Origin: Draconibacterium orientale | Lineage (GTDB): Bacteria > Bacteroidota > Bacteroidia > Bacteroidales > FEN-979 | Direction of reading: 5' to 3' | NCBI GenBank assembly: GCA_020719165.1 | Contig: DYQT01000001.1 | Span: 1 to 45,680, forward strand | DNA length: 45,680 bases | Shown here: positions 1-8,977 of the stretch, piece by piece | How positions within the stretch are numbered: the stretch's first letter is position 1 | Layout: each line of letters starts with the position of its first letter | Program-made: the position numbers and the translations under genes | Notes under the pieces: generated by a model | Told to the model about the DNA's origin: nothing | What the model saw: only the letters and a program-made list of their open reading frames with translations | Database searches by the model: none

Positions 1-331
1 AGGGTCAGGGGATGAGGCATTCCAGGTTCAGGGAATGAGGCAATCCCGAACAAACATTCTCCCTTCTCCCTGGGGAGAAGGGTCAGGGGATGAGGCAATC
101 AGGGCTAAGCACTGGAACCGCCTCACAAAAAATACGTTCAGAAAATCGAGGAATGAGCGTAAAACTGCGGACTGTTTGAGAAGCGCCGCAACGAGTTTCC
201 GCAGTTTAGCGAATGACTCCCTTCTCCCCGGGTAGAAGGGTCAGGGGATGAGGCATTCCAGGTTCAGGGAATGAGGCAATCCCGAACAAACATTCTCCCT
301 TCTCCCTGGGGAGAAGGGTCAGGGGATGAGG
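1..331. repeat. REP/MITE-like intergenic repeat cluster. A perfect 95-bp direct repeat (1..95 = 237..331) carries GC-rich palindromes. It is truncated by the window start.
   Basis: Aligned by eye, 1..95 and 237..331 are identical. Each copy contains the 22-bp palindrome cccttctccctggggagaaggg (61..82 and 297..318) followed by tcaggggatgagg. A degenerate third copy lies at 219..240. The unique 141-bp segment between the copies has a 10-bp inverted repeat (162..171 and 198..207). Confidence 0.85.
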
Positions 332-372
332 AACATGAGTTAGATAAATACAATTACCACTAAAATAATTTC

Positions 373-380
373 TATTTTTG
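373..380 (+). promoter_or_regulatory. Candidate Bacteroidota -7 promoter box (TAnnTTTG)
   Basis: tatttttg sits 20 nt upstream of the ATG at 401. The motif is short and is also expected by chance in AT-rich DNA. Confidence 0.4.
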
Positions 381-400
381 TAAGTAAAGTACTACCAGCT

Positions 401-1087
401 ATGCAAAAATCAATACCCGACTCCAAGTTACTGATCAAATCGATACTGGAGAAGAATACCCTGAAACAAGGGATATACCATAACACCGTTAACTTGTTTA
501 CCCAGTTTAAAAAAGAGTGTGAAGAATTTGTTAATTCGAACAAATTGAAAATGAAAAAAACTCCTTTTCCGGTTTTGTTCGAGTACAACGATAAAAGTGT
601 TTTTGAATTTCAGCTCAAATTCGGATCCGACATCCTGATTTTCTTCATGCATTCCAATGTGTTCGAAATTCCCCGAGACCATTTGGTAATGAAAAGCAGC
701 TACATCAAGGAAGACAAAACACGCTCCTATTGTGGAGTCATACACATTTTCAACTTTCTGGCCGATTCGTTCAAATACAACAGAATCAATGATCTCGGAT
801 ATTGTATAGGAAGAATATTTGTGAATCACGAAAACCACTATTTTACAGAAGGGAAACGCGAAATCGGATTGCTTCAAAACAATTTCGCAGGAAATGTTCT
901 CGATCAAAAAGCGATACAGGCCATCATGCTCACCGCGATTCAATACACGCTTAATTTCGACTTGCTTATACCTCCATATGATAAAATAAAAGAGGTTACC
1001 GTCTCAGAAATGCAAACAACCCTTGACGCGATGTCAATCAGCACCGGAAAGCGCCTTGGATTCCGGTTCCAGGCAGATGTGGGATAG
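401..1087 (+). CDS. Hypothetical protein with no motif I recognise
   Basis: A 228-aa ORF with an ATG start preceded by a -7 box. Composition is not low complexity. The antisense ORF at 428..943 is judged spurious. Confidence 0.7.
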   Translation: MQKSIPDSKLLIKSILEKNTLKQGIYHNTVNLFTQFKKECEEFVNSNKLKMKKTPFPVLFEYNDKSVFEFQLKFGSDILIFFMHSNVFEIPRDHLVMKSSYIKEDKTRSYCGVIHIFNFLADSFKYNRINDLGYCIGRIFVNHENHYFTEGKREIGLLQNNFAGNVLDQKAIQAIMLTAIQYTLNFDLLIPPYDKIKEVTVSEMQTTLDAMSISTGKRLGFRFQADVG

Positions 1088-1098
1088 TTTTATTGCTT

Positions 1099-1758
1099 CT
1101 ATTTCAACATAACATCCGTCAGAAGTTCTTTGATGGAGGCATAGGTATGTGCAACGATACACTGCATGGCCTCTGGCGGAACCCATTTGACAAGAAAAAT
1201 GCCTTCACGGGTTTCAGGCGTAAGCTGCTGTTGTGAATCAGCCTCCATTTCAAACCAACGTGTTTGCTTTAAAATCCACTTTTCTTTAACGGTATAAATA
1301 TGCCATGTTGACGACATTTCTTTTACTATTTCCACTTTTTTTAACCCCGTTTCTTCCATCACTTCACGGATGGCTGCAGCACGGGAAGCCTCTAAATACA
1401 GGTTTTTCCCATCCTTATCCGCCTTGTCCTTTTTATCAACTTTTCCTTTTGGCAAATCCCAGAAACCCAGGCGATGGATAAATAAAAACGCTCCATTTTC
1501 ATTTTTAACCAACCCCCCGGCGGCAGGTACAAACTTGAAAATTGAATAAAAGGCTTCAAATGCTCTGCCCGATTCTATGTCAGTTATGCCTGTATCAACA
1601 ATGAGAAAACGTTGGTATTTTTCAATTCTCTTGAACTCATTCCATGCTTCAACCAATGTATTCAATGATTCAAATTCAATCACAAAATCGGTTTCCACCA
1701 TAACTGCAGGCATCACAGAGATAAATTCAATTGTCCGGTTGTTCAGAAAAATTTTCAT
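1099..1758 (-). CDS. NUDIX hydrolase family protein with an N-terminal extension
   Basis: The Nudix box is recognisable: GKVDKK...EASRAAAIREVMEETGL, matching GX5EX7REUXEEXGU with an inserted K/D-rich loop. ATG at 1758. Confidence 0.8.
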   Translation of the reverse strand: MKIFLNNRTIEFISVMPAVMVETDFVIEFESLNTLVEAWNEFKRIEKYQRFLIVDTGITDIESGRAFEAFYSIFKFVPAAGGLVKNENGAFLFIHRLGFWDLPKGKVDKKDKADKDGKNLYLEASRAAAIREVMEETGLKKVEIVKEMSSTWHIYTVKEKWILKQTRWFEMEADSQQQLTPETREGIFLVKWVPPEAMQCIVAHTYASIKELLTDVMLK

Positions 1759-1827
1759 GGTGTAAAATTTACAGGTTAAAATTACGTTTTTTTAGCAACA
1801 TGGTGAACGCTCCATCATAACATTTTT

Positions 1828-1835
1828 TATCTTTG
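1828..1835 (+). promoter_or_regulatory. Candidate -7 promoter box (TAnnTTTG) for pyrE
   Basis: tatctttg sits 25 nt upstream of the pyrE ATG at 1861. Confidence 0.4.
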
Positions 1836-1860
1836 CATCAGCATAATTAGAAAATTCCGT

Positions 1861-2490
1861 ATGATATACAACAAAGAGATTGCATTTAAAGCAGCTGAAC
1901 TCCTCCTGAAAATCAAGGCGGTGAAGTTAAGCCCCAAAGAGTTGTTCACGTGGGCATCAGGAATAAAATCTCCTATTTATTGTGACAATCGAATCACCCT
2001 CTCGTATCCTGAAATCCGGACTTTCATCCGTCAGAATTTTGTCAGGGCCATTGAGGAGGGAAGTTTTGAACCAGAAGCAATTTCCGGCGTTGCAACAGGA
2101 GGTATTGCACAAGGAGTGTTGGTTGCCCAGGAACTCGGACTGCCCTTTTCTTATGTGCGCACCGGAAAAAAGGAACACGGGCTCACAAACCAAATTGAAG
2201 GAGAAGTTCGACAAGGTCAGCGTATAGTTGTCGTTGAAGATCTTATTTCTACCGGAGGCTCGAGCCTTGGCGCAGTTCAGGCGTTGCGTGATGCAGGATG
2301 CAATATAAAAGGGATGCTGGCCATCTTCACCTATAACCTCCCCAAAGCCGAAAAAGCATTTAAAGAGGCTGACTGTGCGTTGATCACACTCACTGATTAT
2401 GATCACCTGATTCAAAAAGCCCTTGAAATTGGCTACATCACTTCCGACGATGTAAAAGTTCTTCAGGACTTCAAAAAATCCCTGAATTAA
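1861..2490 (+). CDS. pyrE: Orotate phosphoribosyltransferase
   Basis: A 209-aa ORF with the PRPP-binding loop VVVEDLISTGGS. Length and overall pattern are typical of PyrE. Confidence 0.9.
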   Translation: MIYNKEIAFKAAELLLKIKAVKLSPKELFTWASGIKSPIYCDNRITLSYPEIRTFIRQNFVRAIEEGSFEPEAISGVATGGIAQGVLVAQELGLPFSYVRTGKKEHGLTNQIEGEVRQGQRIVVVEDLISTGGSSLGAVQALRDAGCNIKGMLAIFTYNLPKAEKAFKEADCALITLTDYDHLIQKALEIGYITSDDVKVLQDFKKSLN

Positions 2491-2517
2491 TACAAGGTCT
2501 ACCACATTGTTTCATGT

Positions 2518-2556
2518 AAAAAAGCGGGCTTCCTTATTAGAGAAGCCCGCTTTTTT
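2518..2556. terminator. Bidirectional intrinsic terminator between pyrE and the convergent BNR gene
   Basis: A 9-bp GC-rich stem, gcgggcttc (2524..2532) pairing with gaagcccgc (2542..2550), is flanked by an A-run upstream and a T-run downstream. Confidence 0.8.
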
Positions 2557-2584
2557 ATGAATAAAGTAAAATGCCGCTTTCCGG

Positions 2585-5452
2585 CTATAGCTTCACGATT
2601 TTTCCGTAGCCTGTTCCAACCTTTACAAGGTAGGTGCCGTGTGAAAGACCACTTAAGTTGATCGAGGTGTTGAAAGTTCCCTTCTCCTGACTTCCCAATG
2701 GTTTATTAATCAGAAGGCGCCCCGACAGGTCATAAACTGATATGTTCAGGTTTCCCATTGTTTCATTTGAATAACTTATATAAAGTATATCCTGCACGGG
2801 GTTTGGATTTAGACGCAGCATTCCGCTTGCTGGCATTGCTCCGGGACCCGGATCGATGCCAACCGGTGAATAATAGGTGGTATCCATCCATATGCCGCGT
2901 CCATAGGTAGAGATATAGATAACTCCGTAGTTCTGAATATGATAATCATGCATTATCTGCTGACGAACATCCGTGACAGGAACATTTCCAATATTTTCCA
3001 TATCTGCAGCCCAGGCAGGAGCACCCGACTCAAGACCCGAGCCGGAAAACAGGCCCATATCGGTTCCCAGTATCACACTGTTTCCATGCATCTCGATCAA
3101 GCCGCTAAACACAGGGGTCAACGGAAGATTACCCTGAATCGAATTAAAAACAGGAGAGGTACTGTTCCCATTTGCAGCATAATAAACGTAATTCTGATTA
3201 CCATAGTTACCCAAAGTGACCAACACTTTATTTGACTGACCAGGATCGATGGAAATCGAGGTTACATGTCGTCCGGTAAAAGGTGTAGTTGAAAAAACAG
3301 TATCCTGAAGAACACACTGCGAACTGGCAATATTGGCAGTTGCAGAGTCGTAGGCATTGACGAGGCCCGTGATACGAATCAGCCTGCCAAGGGATGTTCC
3401 TGCCCACAAGGTGTTCAGGTCAGCAGACACTGCAATGGCCGTCACGGGATCGTTTGTGACAACATCCTTGAATATGGTATAATAATCAATAGCTCTGTCA
3501 AATCTGAGCAGGTTCAACGTCATAAAAATGCACCTGTTTGTACCAGATTTACCATAAATAAAGTAGCGGCTGGCAAGCGGGTCGGCAATAGTGAGACTAT
3601 CTCCCTTTGGAATAGGCGCTGTAGTATGATAGGCAAATGGGACTTTATTGGAATTACTTGGAACTAAAATTGTCGTATCTGCCGGAACTGCTTTCTGCTC
3701 TGCATGATATTTAACACTATCGCGTGTCACGCCAAACACCTCGCCCTGTTTGAAAGTTTCCCAAAGGCACATGGGAACATGCGCGGAGGATACAGTATCA
3801 ACAACCCCGCCAAGGAAGTAATTATATTTATTTATATCGGTAAAATCCTGCCGGCGAATCGCTTTAAACGGAATATTTGCAGTTGAATCGCCCTTATACT
3901 TTGTATAAACAGCAACGCGTGAATCGATATTTGACCAAACACAGGTACCGCCTGTGCCGCAATAATTGGATGGTTGTGGTTGATATGCCGAAGACAACGC
4001 TGATGCATCCTGCCTGAAGACCTGATAACCATTACTTGGAAAACTGACTTGAGATGGAGCAAAATATCCGAGGACCAGGGTTCCAATCCGGTCTCCACCG
4101 CCCATGGCATACGCTCTTAGAGCCGAAAAAGCAACCGAATTAAACTGGCTTGTTTGCAAATTTTTATTGCTCGTCTGGAAGGTAACATCTACAGCGCCAA
4201 TCGTGGCAATGCTCACACCTCCGTCAGTTGCCATGGCAAATTGATTTGGATTGTTTGGACGAAACACATAACCATGGTGATACAATGGGGCAAAAGTAGG
4301 ACTTAAGCTGCCCTCATTCCCGAAACTCACCTGTTCCCAGTTGAAAAACCCTGTTGAAAGAACACGTTGGCCATACCACATGTTAACACCACCGAGATAC
4401 ACTTTATAAGGATCGTTGGGTAACACAACAAGCGTGTTGGCATAGCATCCATATCCTGAAAATGGTTCAAATGAGGGATTATTTGGAAATACGATTGACC
4501 ATGTAAGGCCCTTATCAAAGGAGGTATAGATATTAAGTAATTTCCCGGCTGCATCTGCAAGACTTGCATAAATTACATTCGCATCAGAAGGGGCGATTGC
4601 AAAAACAATCCATCCAAATCCTGCGTTTGGCAATGAATTTGCTTTGCCGGTAGTCAGGGTCACTTTGGCATTCAGGTCGCCGGAGGGCGCAATATAAGCA
4701 GAATCTCCTACCGACATGATGACAGTACCGTCTGGTCCCACAACAACATCCATTGCATATCCCGAAATTGCTTTTTCCCAGCTGTCACCGTTATCGCTGT
4801 AATACAAACCACCTACAGTTGCTGCAAAGATTCTTCCTGATTGCGCATTGACGGCAAGCTTGGTAACTCCGTAAAAGTCAGGGTTCCCCATAGTGGATGT
4901 AATGGGGGAAAATTCTCCATTTGGTGTGCCCCTGTAGATCCCATTGCCTGTAAATTTTATTGTCTTGCACGTACTTACACCTGTTGCGGCATAAATGGTG
5001 CCACTGGAGGTCTGTACCAGAGAAGAGACACTTGGAACCAGATTTAAGGCAACAGGCATCTTGCTCCAGGTGAGGCCTAAGTCGGCAGATTTCCATATTC
5101 CACCTTTTGCTGATCCGGCAATTATTGTTGAACCAGAAGGATCAGTGTTGTCAAAAATTGTGCTCCAAAACATGCCGGGAAAATTGTCGGGACCAAGGCT
5201 CAACCAATTAAGCCCCATCGATGAGGTAGATTTAACCCTAAGTGCATCAGCTTGTTGACGAGCATTAAAAACATCATGAGGATTTACAACCCCCGTATGC
5301 TGGTTGGCGCGGATGCTTTCCCATCCTGAGCCGGCAAATTTCCGGGAATCCGGATCTCCGGTTTGGCCCGCTACAGAAAACACAAAAAAGAAAACAATGC
5401 TAAGGCCCAGGAAAGTTGTGATCAGGCTGAAAGGTAAAAATCTATTTTTCAT
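2585..5452 (-). CDS. Secreted BNR/Asp-box repeat (sortilin or Ycf48-like beta-propeller) protein with a T9SS C-terminal sorting domain
   Basis: There is an N-terminal signal-like hydrophobic segment. Asp-box motifs are SADLGLTW, SDNGDSW and SFDKGLTW. The C-terminal ~75 aa (LNPNPVQDILYISY...ISVYDLSGRLL...GTYLVKVGTGYGKIVKL) matches the Por secretion tail pattern. Confidence 0.8.
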   Translation of the reverse strand: MKNRFLPFSLITTFLGLSIVFFFVFSVAGQTGDPDSRKFAGSGWESIRANQHTGVVNPHDVFNARQQADALRVKSTSSMGLNWLSLGPDNFPGMFWSTIFDNTDPSGSTIIAGSAKGGIWKSADLGLTWSKMPVALNLVPSVSSLVQTSSGTIYAATGVSTCKTIKFTGNGIYRGTPNGEFSPITSTMGNPDFYGVTKLAVNAQSGRIFAATVGGLYYSDNGDSWEKAISGYAMDVVVGPDGTVIMSVGDSAYIAPSGDLNAKVTLTTGKANSLPNAGFGWIVFAIAPSDANVIYASLADAAGKLLNIYTSFDKGLTWSIVFPNNPSFEPFSGYGCYANTLVVLPNDPYKVYLGGVNMWYGQRVLSTGFFNWEQVSFGNEGSLSPTFAPLYHHGYVFRPNNPNQFAMATDGGVSIATIGAVDVTFQTSNKNLQTSQFNSVAFSALRAYAMGGGDRIGTLVLGYFAPSQVSFPSNGYQVFRQDASALSSAYQPQPSNYCGTGGTCVWSNIDSRVAVYTKYKGDSTANIPFKAIRRQDFTDINKYNYFLGGVVDTVSSAHVPMCLWETFKQGEVFGVTRDSVKYHAEQKAVPADTTILVPSNSNKVPFAYHTTAPIPKGDSLTIADPLASRYFIYGKSGTNRCIFMTLNLLRFDRAIDYYTIFKDVVTNDPVTAIAVSADLNTLWAGTSLGRLIRITGLVNAYDSATANIASSQCVLQDTVFSTTPFTGRHVTSISIDPGQSNKVLVTLGNYGNQNYVYYAANGNSTSPVFNSIQGNLPLTPVFSGLIEMHGNSVILGTDMGLFSGSGLESGAPAWAADMENIGNVPVTDVRQQIMHDYHIQNYGVIYISTYGRGIWMDTTYYSPVGIDPGPGAMPASGMLRLNPNPVQDILYISYSNETMGNLNISVYDLSGRLLINKPLGSQEKGTFNTSINLSGLSHGTYLVKVGTGYGKIVKL

Positions 5453-5565
5453 ATCACTCTTTTTAGTTTAAACGTATATATTTCTGGATTTAATGTTTTC
5501 TAAGACTGTGTTAATTAGGACATCTGTGAATGCAACATGGCATTGATTTTAAACGAACAAATATA

Positions 5566-5610
5566 AAGCAAAAAAAGTATCCTGCAAAATTATTTTGCCT
5601 GCAGGATACT
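5566..5610 (-). terminator. Intrinsic terminator at the end of the bat operon
   Basis: An 11-bp stem (5576..5586 pairing with 5600..5610) is followed on the minus strand by a U-tract, seen as the plus-strand A-run at 5569..5575. It lies 47 nt after the batE stop. Confidence 0.75.
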
Positions 5611-5656
5611 TTCTTCGGTGAATGCACAAGATTGACCGCTGAAACTGACGCCGGAA

Positions 5657-6412
5657 TCAGATCTTTTCGAGTACTTCCTTTGGCAGCCAGCCAACACTGC
5701 CGTTGGCAATACGGATTTCATACCATCCGCTGATGTTGTCAAGTAACTTCACTTTGGCCCCTTCATGTAAAACAAAAAGATCAGTACTTTTTTCGTTCGG
5801 CGAACTTTTCACGGTTATTGTAGGTGTGAAAACAATTGCTTCATGCGTAGATTCGGTTAAACGATAGCCATTCCAGGCGAATGCAAATGTGAAAAACGAA
5901 AGAAAAAACAGCCCCAGTGCCAGCCAAAATCCAACTTTCCGCAAAACTAAAATCCGCGAGGCAAGATATAGGATAAACCCGCCCAATCCTGCAATAAACA
6001 GACAAACACCCATTATCGCCCATGCATCAACTGAAAACAACAGCAACAATCCATTGAACCATCGTTTATAAAACATTTCAGGTAAAGGCTCAATTTTGTC
6101 TGAAATTTTCGTATTGGCAACGTTCAAATTGAAATTTACATCTTCATTTCCCGGATCAAGTCGCTTCGATCGTTCATACCAGAGAATGGCCCTGGCGAAA
6201 TCATTCATTTTAAAATATGCATTCCCAAGGTTGTAATAAAGCTCCGGAGAAACAAAACCTGCGGCAATTACCTCCTGGTAGAGTTCGGCAGCATTGGTAT
6301 ATGACCCTGCAGAATACGCCTTGTTTGCCTTAGCAATGGTAACCTGTTCAACCGAAGAAAATGCAGTAGTGGCAGTAAACAGGAGAATAAATATTATGCC
6401 TGAATGTCTCAT
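5657..6412 (-). CDS. batE: BatE-like protein (TPR repeats, transmembrane segments, C-terminal SH3b)
   Basis: It has a signal peptide, a TPR region (AAELYQEVI...YNLGNAYFKMNDFARAILWYERSKRLDP) and an SH3-like C-terminus (GWYEIRIANGSVGWLPKEVL). It is the last gene of the bat operon. Its ATGA overlaps the batD stop. Confidence 0.8.
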   Translation of the reverse strand: MRHSGIIFILLFTATTAFSSVEQVTIAKANKAYSAGSYTNAAELYQEVIAAGFVSPELYYNLGNAYFKMNDFARAILWYERSKRLDPGNEDVNFNLNVANTKISDKIEPLPEMFYKRWFNGLLLLFSVDAWAIMGVCLFIAGLGGFILYLASRILVLRKVGFWLALGLFFLSFFTFAFAWNGYRLTESTHEAIVFTPTITVKSSPNEKSTDLFVLHEGAKVKLLDNISGWYEIRIANGSVGWLPKEVLEKI

Positions 6413-8286
6413 CTTAATTCTCTCTCCATTTTTGCGATTATTTCAAGTGCCTCCGTATAAATTCTCCCCATATTAACAGTTTTTTCTCCAGGGGCGAAGC
6501 GTGAAAATTCAGTATTGTTTAATGTTTCAATAAACTGTGTTATGTTAACTTCACTCACGTTTTTCTTTTTTAGTGCCTCATGCACGGAGTCGATGCTGAG
6601 ATCGGCCATTGGGATGCTGAATTTATCACTCAGATAACCCCAAAGTGCTTGGGAAATTGCGACATAAAAATTTTCCTGTTGTCCCGACTTTTGAAACGCT
6701 TCAGCCTTTCGTAACCTTTTCCGTGCAATTTTCGTTGCTTTAAGATTTTTCATGAGCACCGTGTCGCTCCGGCGGGCCGCCATTTTGCGCCACAATATCA
6801 AAAATAAGAGAAAAAGAGATAATGGTACAGCGACCAGCAGCCAGAAAGAGAGAGAAAGAAAAAATCGTGAACCGATCCGCGTCAGATTGATCGAACCATC
6901 CCTGATATGCCGGATATCACTGCCAATGTATTTAATTTCCTCTTTATTTGCTCCCGAATAAGAGACAGCAGACCCAGATTCACCACTTCCCTTTTCTACA
7001 TCAAGTGAAAATTCCGGACTGCTCAGCGAAACATACCGTTTCTTGTCGAGGTCAAAATAACTGAATGTGATTGGCTTTATGCTGAATTTACCGGGTTTAC
7101 GGGGAATCAAAAGATATTCAAACACCTGATTCCCTGAGATCTCCGCTGCAGTAGTTTGAATATTGCTCGTTATTTTTGGATCATAACTCTCAAAATCAGG
7201 AGGGAAATTCACATTCATTTTATCAATTAGCTGAATGTTGCCCTTCCCCGACACAGTGCATTTTAAAGTGACTGCCTCGTTTGTTTTCAACCGGTTTTTG
7301 TCAATCTCCGAATGAAAAGTAAATCTCCCTACCGCCCCGCTGAAGTCAACAGGTTTGCCCTCTTCCGGGAGTGGTTGAACATTAATTGCTACCGGATTCG
7401 ATTTTAGGGTCTTTTCAACATTTGCCACCCCGGAATTAAAAAATGAGTCGTTGAAAAAATCATCAAAAAACGGGTCTCCCGTCTTTGTTTTTGTTTGCTT
7501 TTTTACTTGGACCAAACAGGTAAGTTCGAGTGGATCAATGACCAGCCGACCGCTTTTTAGCGGAAATAATGCAATCTTCCGGATGTCGGCAACGGTATAT
7601 TGCACACCATCTATCATTTGTGTGGTCTGTTGCAATTTGTCATTTTCCTTGGTTAAATTGGGAGACCAAAATCCTGAAAAGGATGGTAGTTTGCTGATGT
7701 AAGGCTGGGAAATGTTTACCTTGAAATAAATTTTATATGTAATCACAATCCCTTCTCCCTGAAGGGGATTTGAATTGGATGCGAATGCTTTAATATAAAC
7801 ATCGTTGGAATTGCCTCCCCCTGTAACATCGGGTGAGTTGCCCCGGCTTTGACTCCCTGCACCCGCTGCCTGATTACCCTGCGAATTGGTGTTCTTAACC
7901 ACCTTGACATTGATCTGCTCAGAGGAAATTTGCTTTCCGTTCACAACCACAGTTGCAGCCGGAATGTCAAAACTGCCCTCCTTATTGGCCTGCATGAGGT
8001 AGGTATAGGTATAGGTAATAGACATGGTTGTACTACCATTCACAAACCGGACACTGGAACTGGTACTGGTGTTGGGCCCGCTAATCAGGTTAAATCCCTG
8101 GATATTAGGCCCGCGAAAATTACTTCCCTGTGCGTTGAGTGTATATACCAGCGTGAAGGTCTCTCCAACCACAACCACAGGTTTGGTTTGCCCGATCAAC
8201 CGAACATCCTGGGAGTAACCCTGGGTTATTAATAAAACCAAAGCTGCAACCAAAGAAAAAATAAATCTTTTTAACATAATGCTCAT
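6409..8286 (-). CDS. batD: BatD-like oxygen-tolerance protein
   Basis: A large secreted protein with a C-terminal transmembrane segment, with size and operon position matching BatD. The ORF-track start at 8313 is a TTG overlapping batC by 23 nt. I prefer the ATG at 8286 or 8277, which leads into a signal peptide (MLKRFIFSLVAALVLL). Confidence 0.75.
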   Translation of the reverse strand: MSIMLKRFIFSLVAALVLLITQGYSQDVRLIGQTKPVVVVGETFTLVYTLNAQGSNFRGPNIQGFNLISGPNTSTSSSVRFVNGSTTMSITYTYTYLMQANKEGSFDIPAATVVVNGKQISSEQINVKVVKNTNSQGNQAAGAGSQSRGNSPDVTGGGNSNDVYIKAFASNSNPLQGEGIVITYKIYFKVNISQPYISKLPSFSGFWSPNLTKENDKLQQTTQMIDGVQYTVADIRKIALFPLKSGRLVIDPLELTCLVQVKKQTKTKTGDPFFDDFFNDSFFNSGVANVEKTLKSNPVAINVQPLPEEGKPVDFSGAVGRFTFHSEIDKNRLKTNEAVTLKCTVSGKGNIQLIDKMNVNFPPDFESYDPKITSNIQTTAAEISGNQVFEYLLIPRKPGKFSIKPITFSYFDLDKKRYVSLSSPEFSLDVEKGSGESGSAVSYSGANKEEIKYIGSDIRHIRDGSINLTRIGSRFFLSLSFWLLVAVPLSLFLLFLILWRKMAARRSDTVLMKNLKATKIARKRLRKAEAFQKSGQQENFYVAISQALWGYLSDKFSIPMADLSIDSVHEALKKKNVSEVNITQFIETLNNTEFSRFAPGEKTVNMGRIYTEALEIIAKMERELR

Positions 8287-8290
8287 CTCT

Positions 8291-8977
8291 TTACCAATCC
8301 TTTTCAATCCCAATCACCTGAACTTTAGCTTTTTGCTTTTTAACTTTTTGAAGGGTTTTCTTTTCATCATTCTTCAACGCCTCCAACATCCGCTCTGCAT
8401 CATCCTTACTGATCTTTTTCTGATCTTGCGGCTGCTTTTGCTGGTCATTCTTCTGATTTTGATCCTGGTTCTTCTGCTGCTTATCCTTCTCGTCCTTTTT
8501 ATCCTCTTTTTTATCCTGATTTTCCTTATTTTGCTGCTGTTGTTGCTGTTGCTTTTTCAGCATCATTTTTGCATACTCCAGGTTATATTTGGAGTCGGCA
8601 TTTTTCGGATTGTTCATCAACGCATTTTTATAGGCAGCTATGCTTTTTTCATACTCTTTTGATTGCAGATAAGAGTTCCCCAGGTTATGGTAAATTTTCG
8701 ATTTCACCTCCCTGTCATTGTTTTTTTCCGCAAGATTCCCATAGATTTTTGTGGCTTCCTCATAATTATTGTTTTGATATACAGCCGTTCCAAGGTTGAA
8801 TTGACCCGGTACCGATTCCTTGTTCAATTCAAGTGCCTTACGATAGTCCTTTTCGGCCTCTTTATATTCCCCTTTCTCAAATTTCCGGTTTCCCTGACGC
8901 AAAAAGGCATTCTCCTTTTGCGAAAAAGAATCGAAACCCATCAGGAGAATAAATATTCCAAAAATAATGTATCTCAT
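8291..8977 (-). CDS. batC: BatC-like TPR protein with a Q/K/D-rich low-complexity tail
   Basis: It has a signal peptide, TPR repeats (EYKEAEKDYRKALELN, YEEATKIYGNL, YEKSIAAYKNALMNNP) and the tail KKQQQQQQQNKENQDKKEDKKDEKDKQQKNQDQNQ. Its ATGA overlaps the batB stop. Confidence 0.8.
   Translation of the reverse strand: MRYIIFGIFILLMGFDSFSQKENAFLRQGNRKFEKGEYKEAEKDYRKALELNKESVPGQFNLGTAVYQNNNYEEATKIYGNLAEKNNDREVKSKIYHNLGNSYLQSKEYEKSIAAYKNALMNNPKNADSKYNLEYAKMMLKKQQQQQQQNKENQDKKEDKKDEKDKQQKNQDQNQKNDQQKQPQDQKKISKDDAERMLEALKNDEKKTLQKVKKQKAKVQVIGIEKDW

Noticed and set aside
110-126. A 14-nt exact match (actggaaccgcctc) between the repeat cluster and the SprB upstream region (42416..42429)
   Set aside because: Several 14-mer coincidences are expected by chance within a 45-kb window on two strands, and no flanking similarity exists.
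35-235. A 66-aa ORF across the repeat cluster
   Set aside because: It lies entirely in palindromic repeat DNA, and its peptide is dictated by the repeats (PSPWGEGSGDE). It has no promoter context and is judged non-coding.
1-331. A possible CRISPR array
   Set aside because: The spacers are not unique, because the same 41-nt spacer occurs twice. The spacing is irregular (41, 122 and 41 nt). The repeats are self-palindromic REP-like modules, and no cas genes are present.
428-943. Long antisense ORFs opposite well-supported genes (also 1957..2505 opposite pyrE and 12125..12532 opposite the DUF58 gene)
   Set aside because: The opposite-strand genes have clear family motifs. These ORFs have none and are typical of AT-rich antisense frames.
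8279-8662. A 127-aa Leu-rich ORF on the plus strand
   Set aside because: It is the antisense of the batC Q/K-rich low-complexity region, where CTG/CTT runs mirror CAG/AAG. This is an artefact of the repeat composition.
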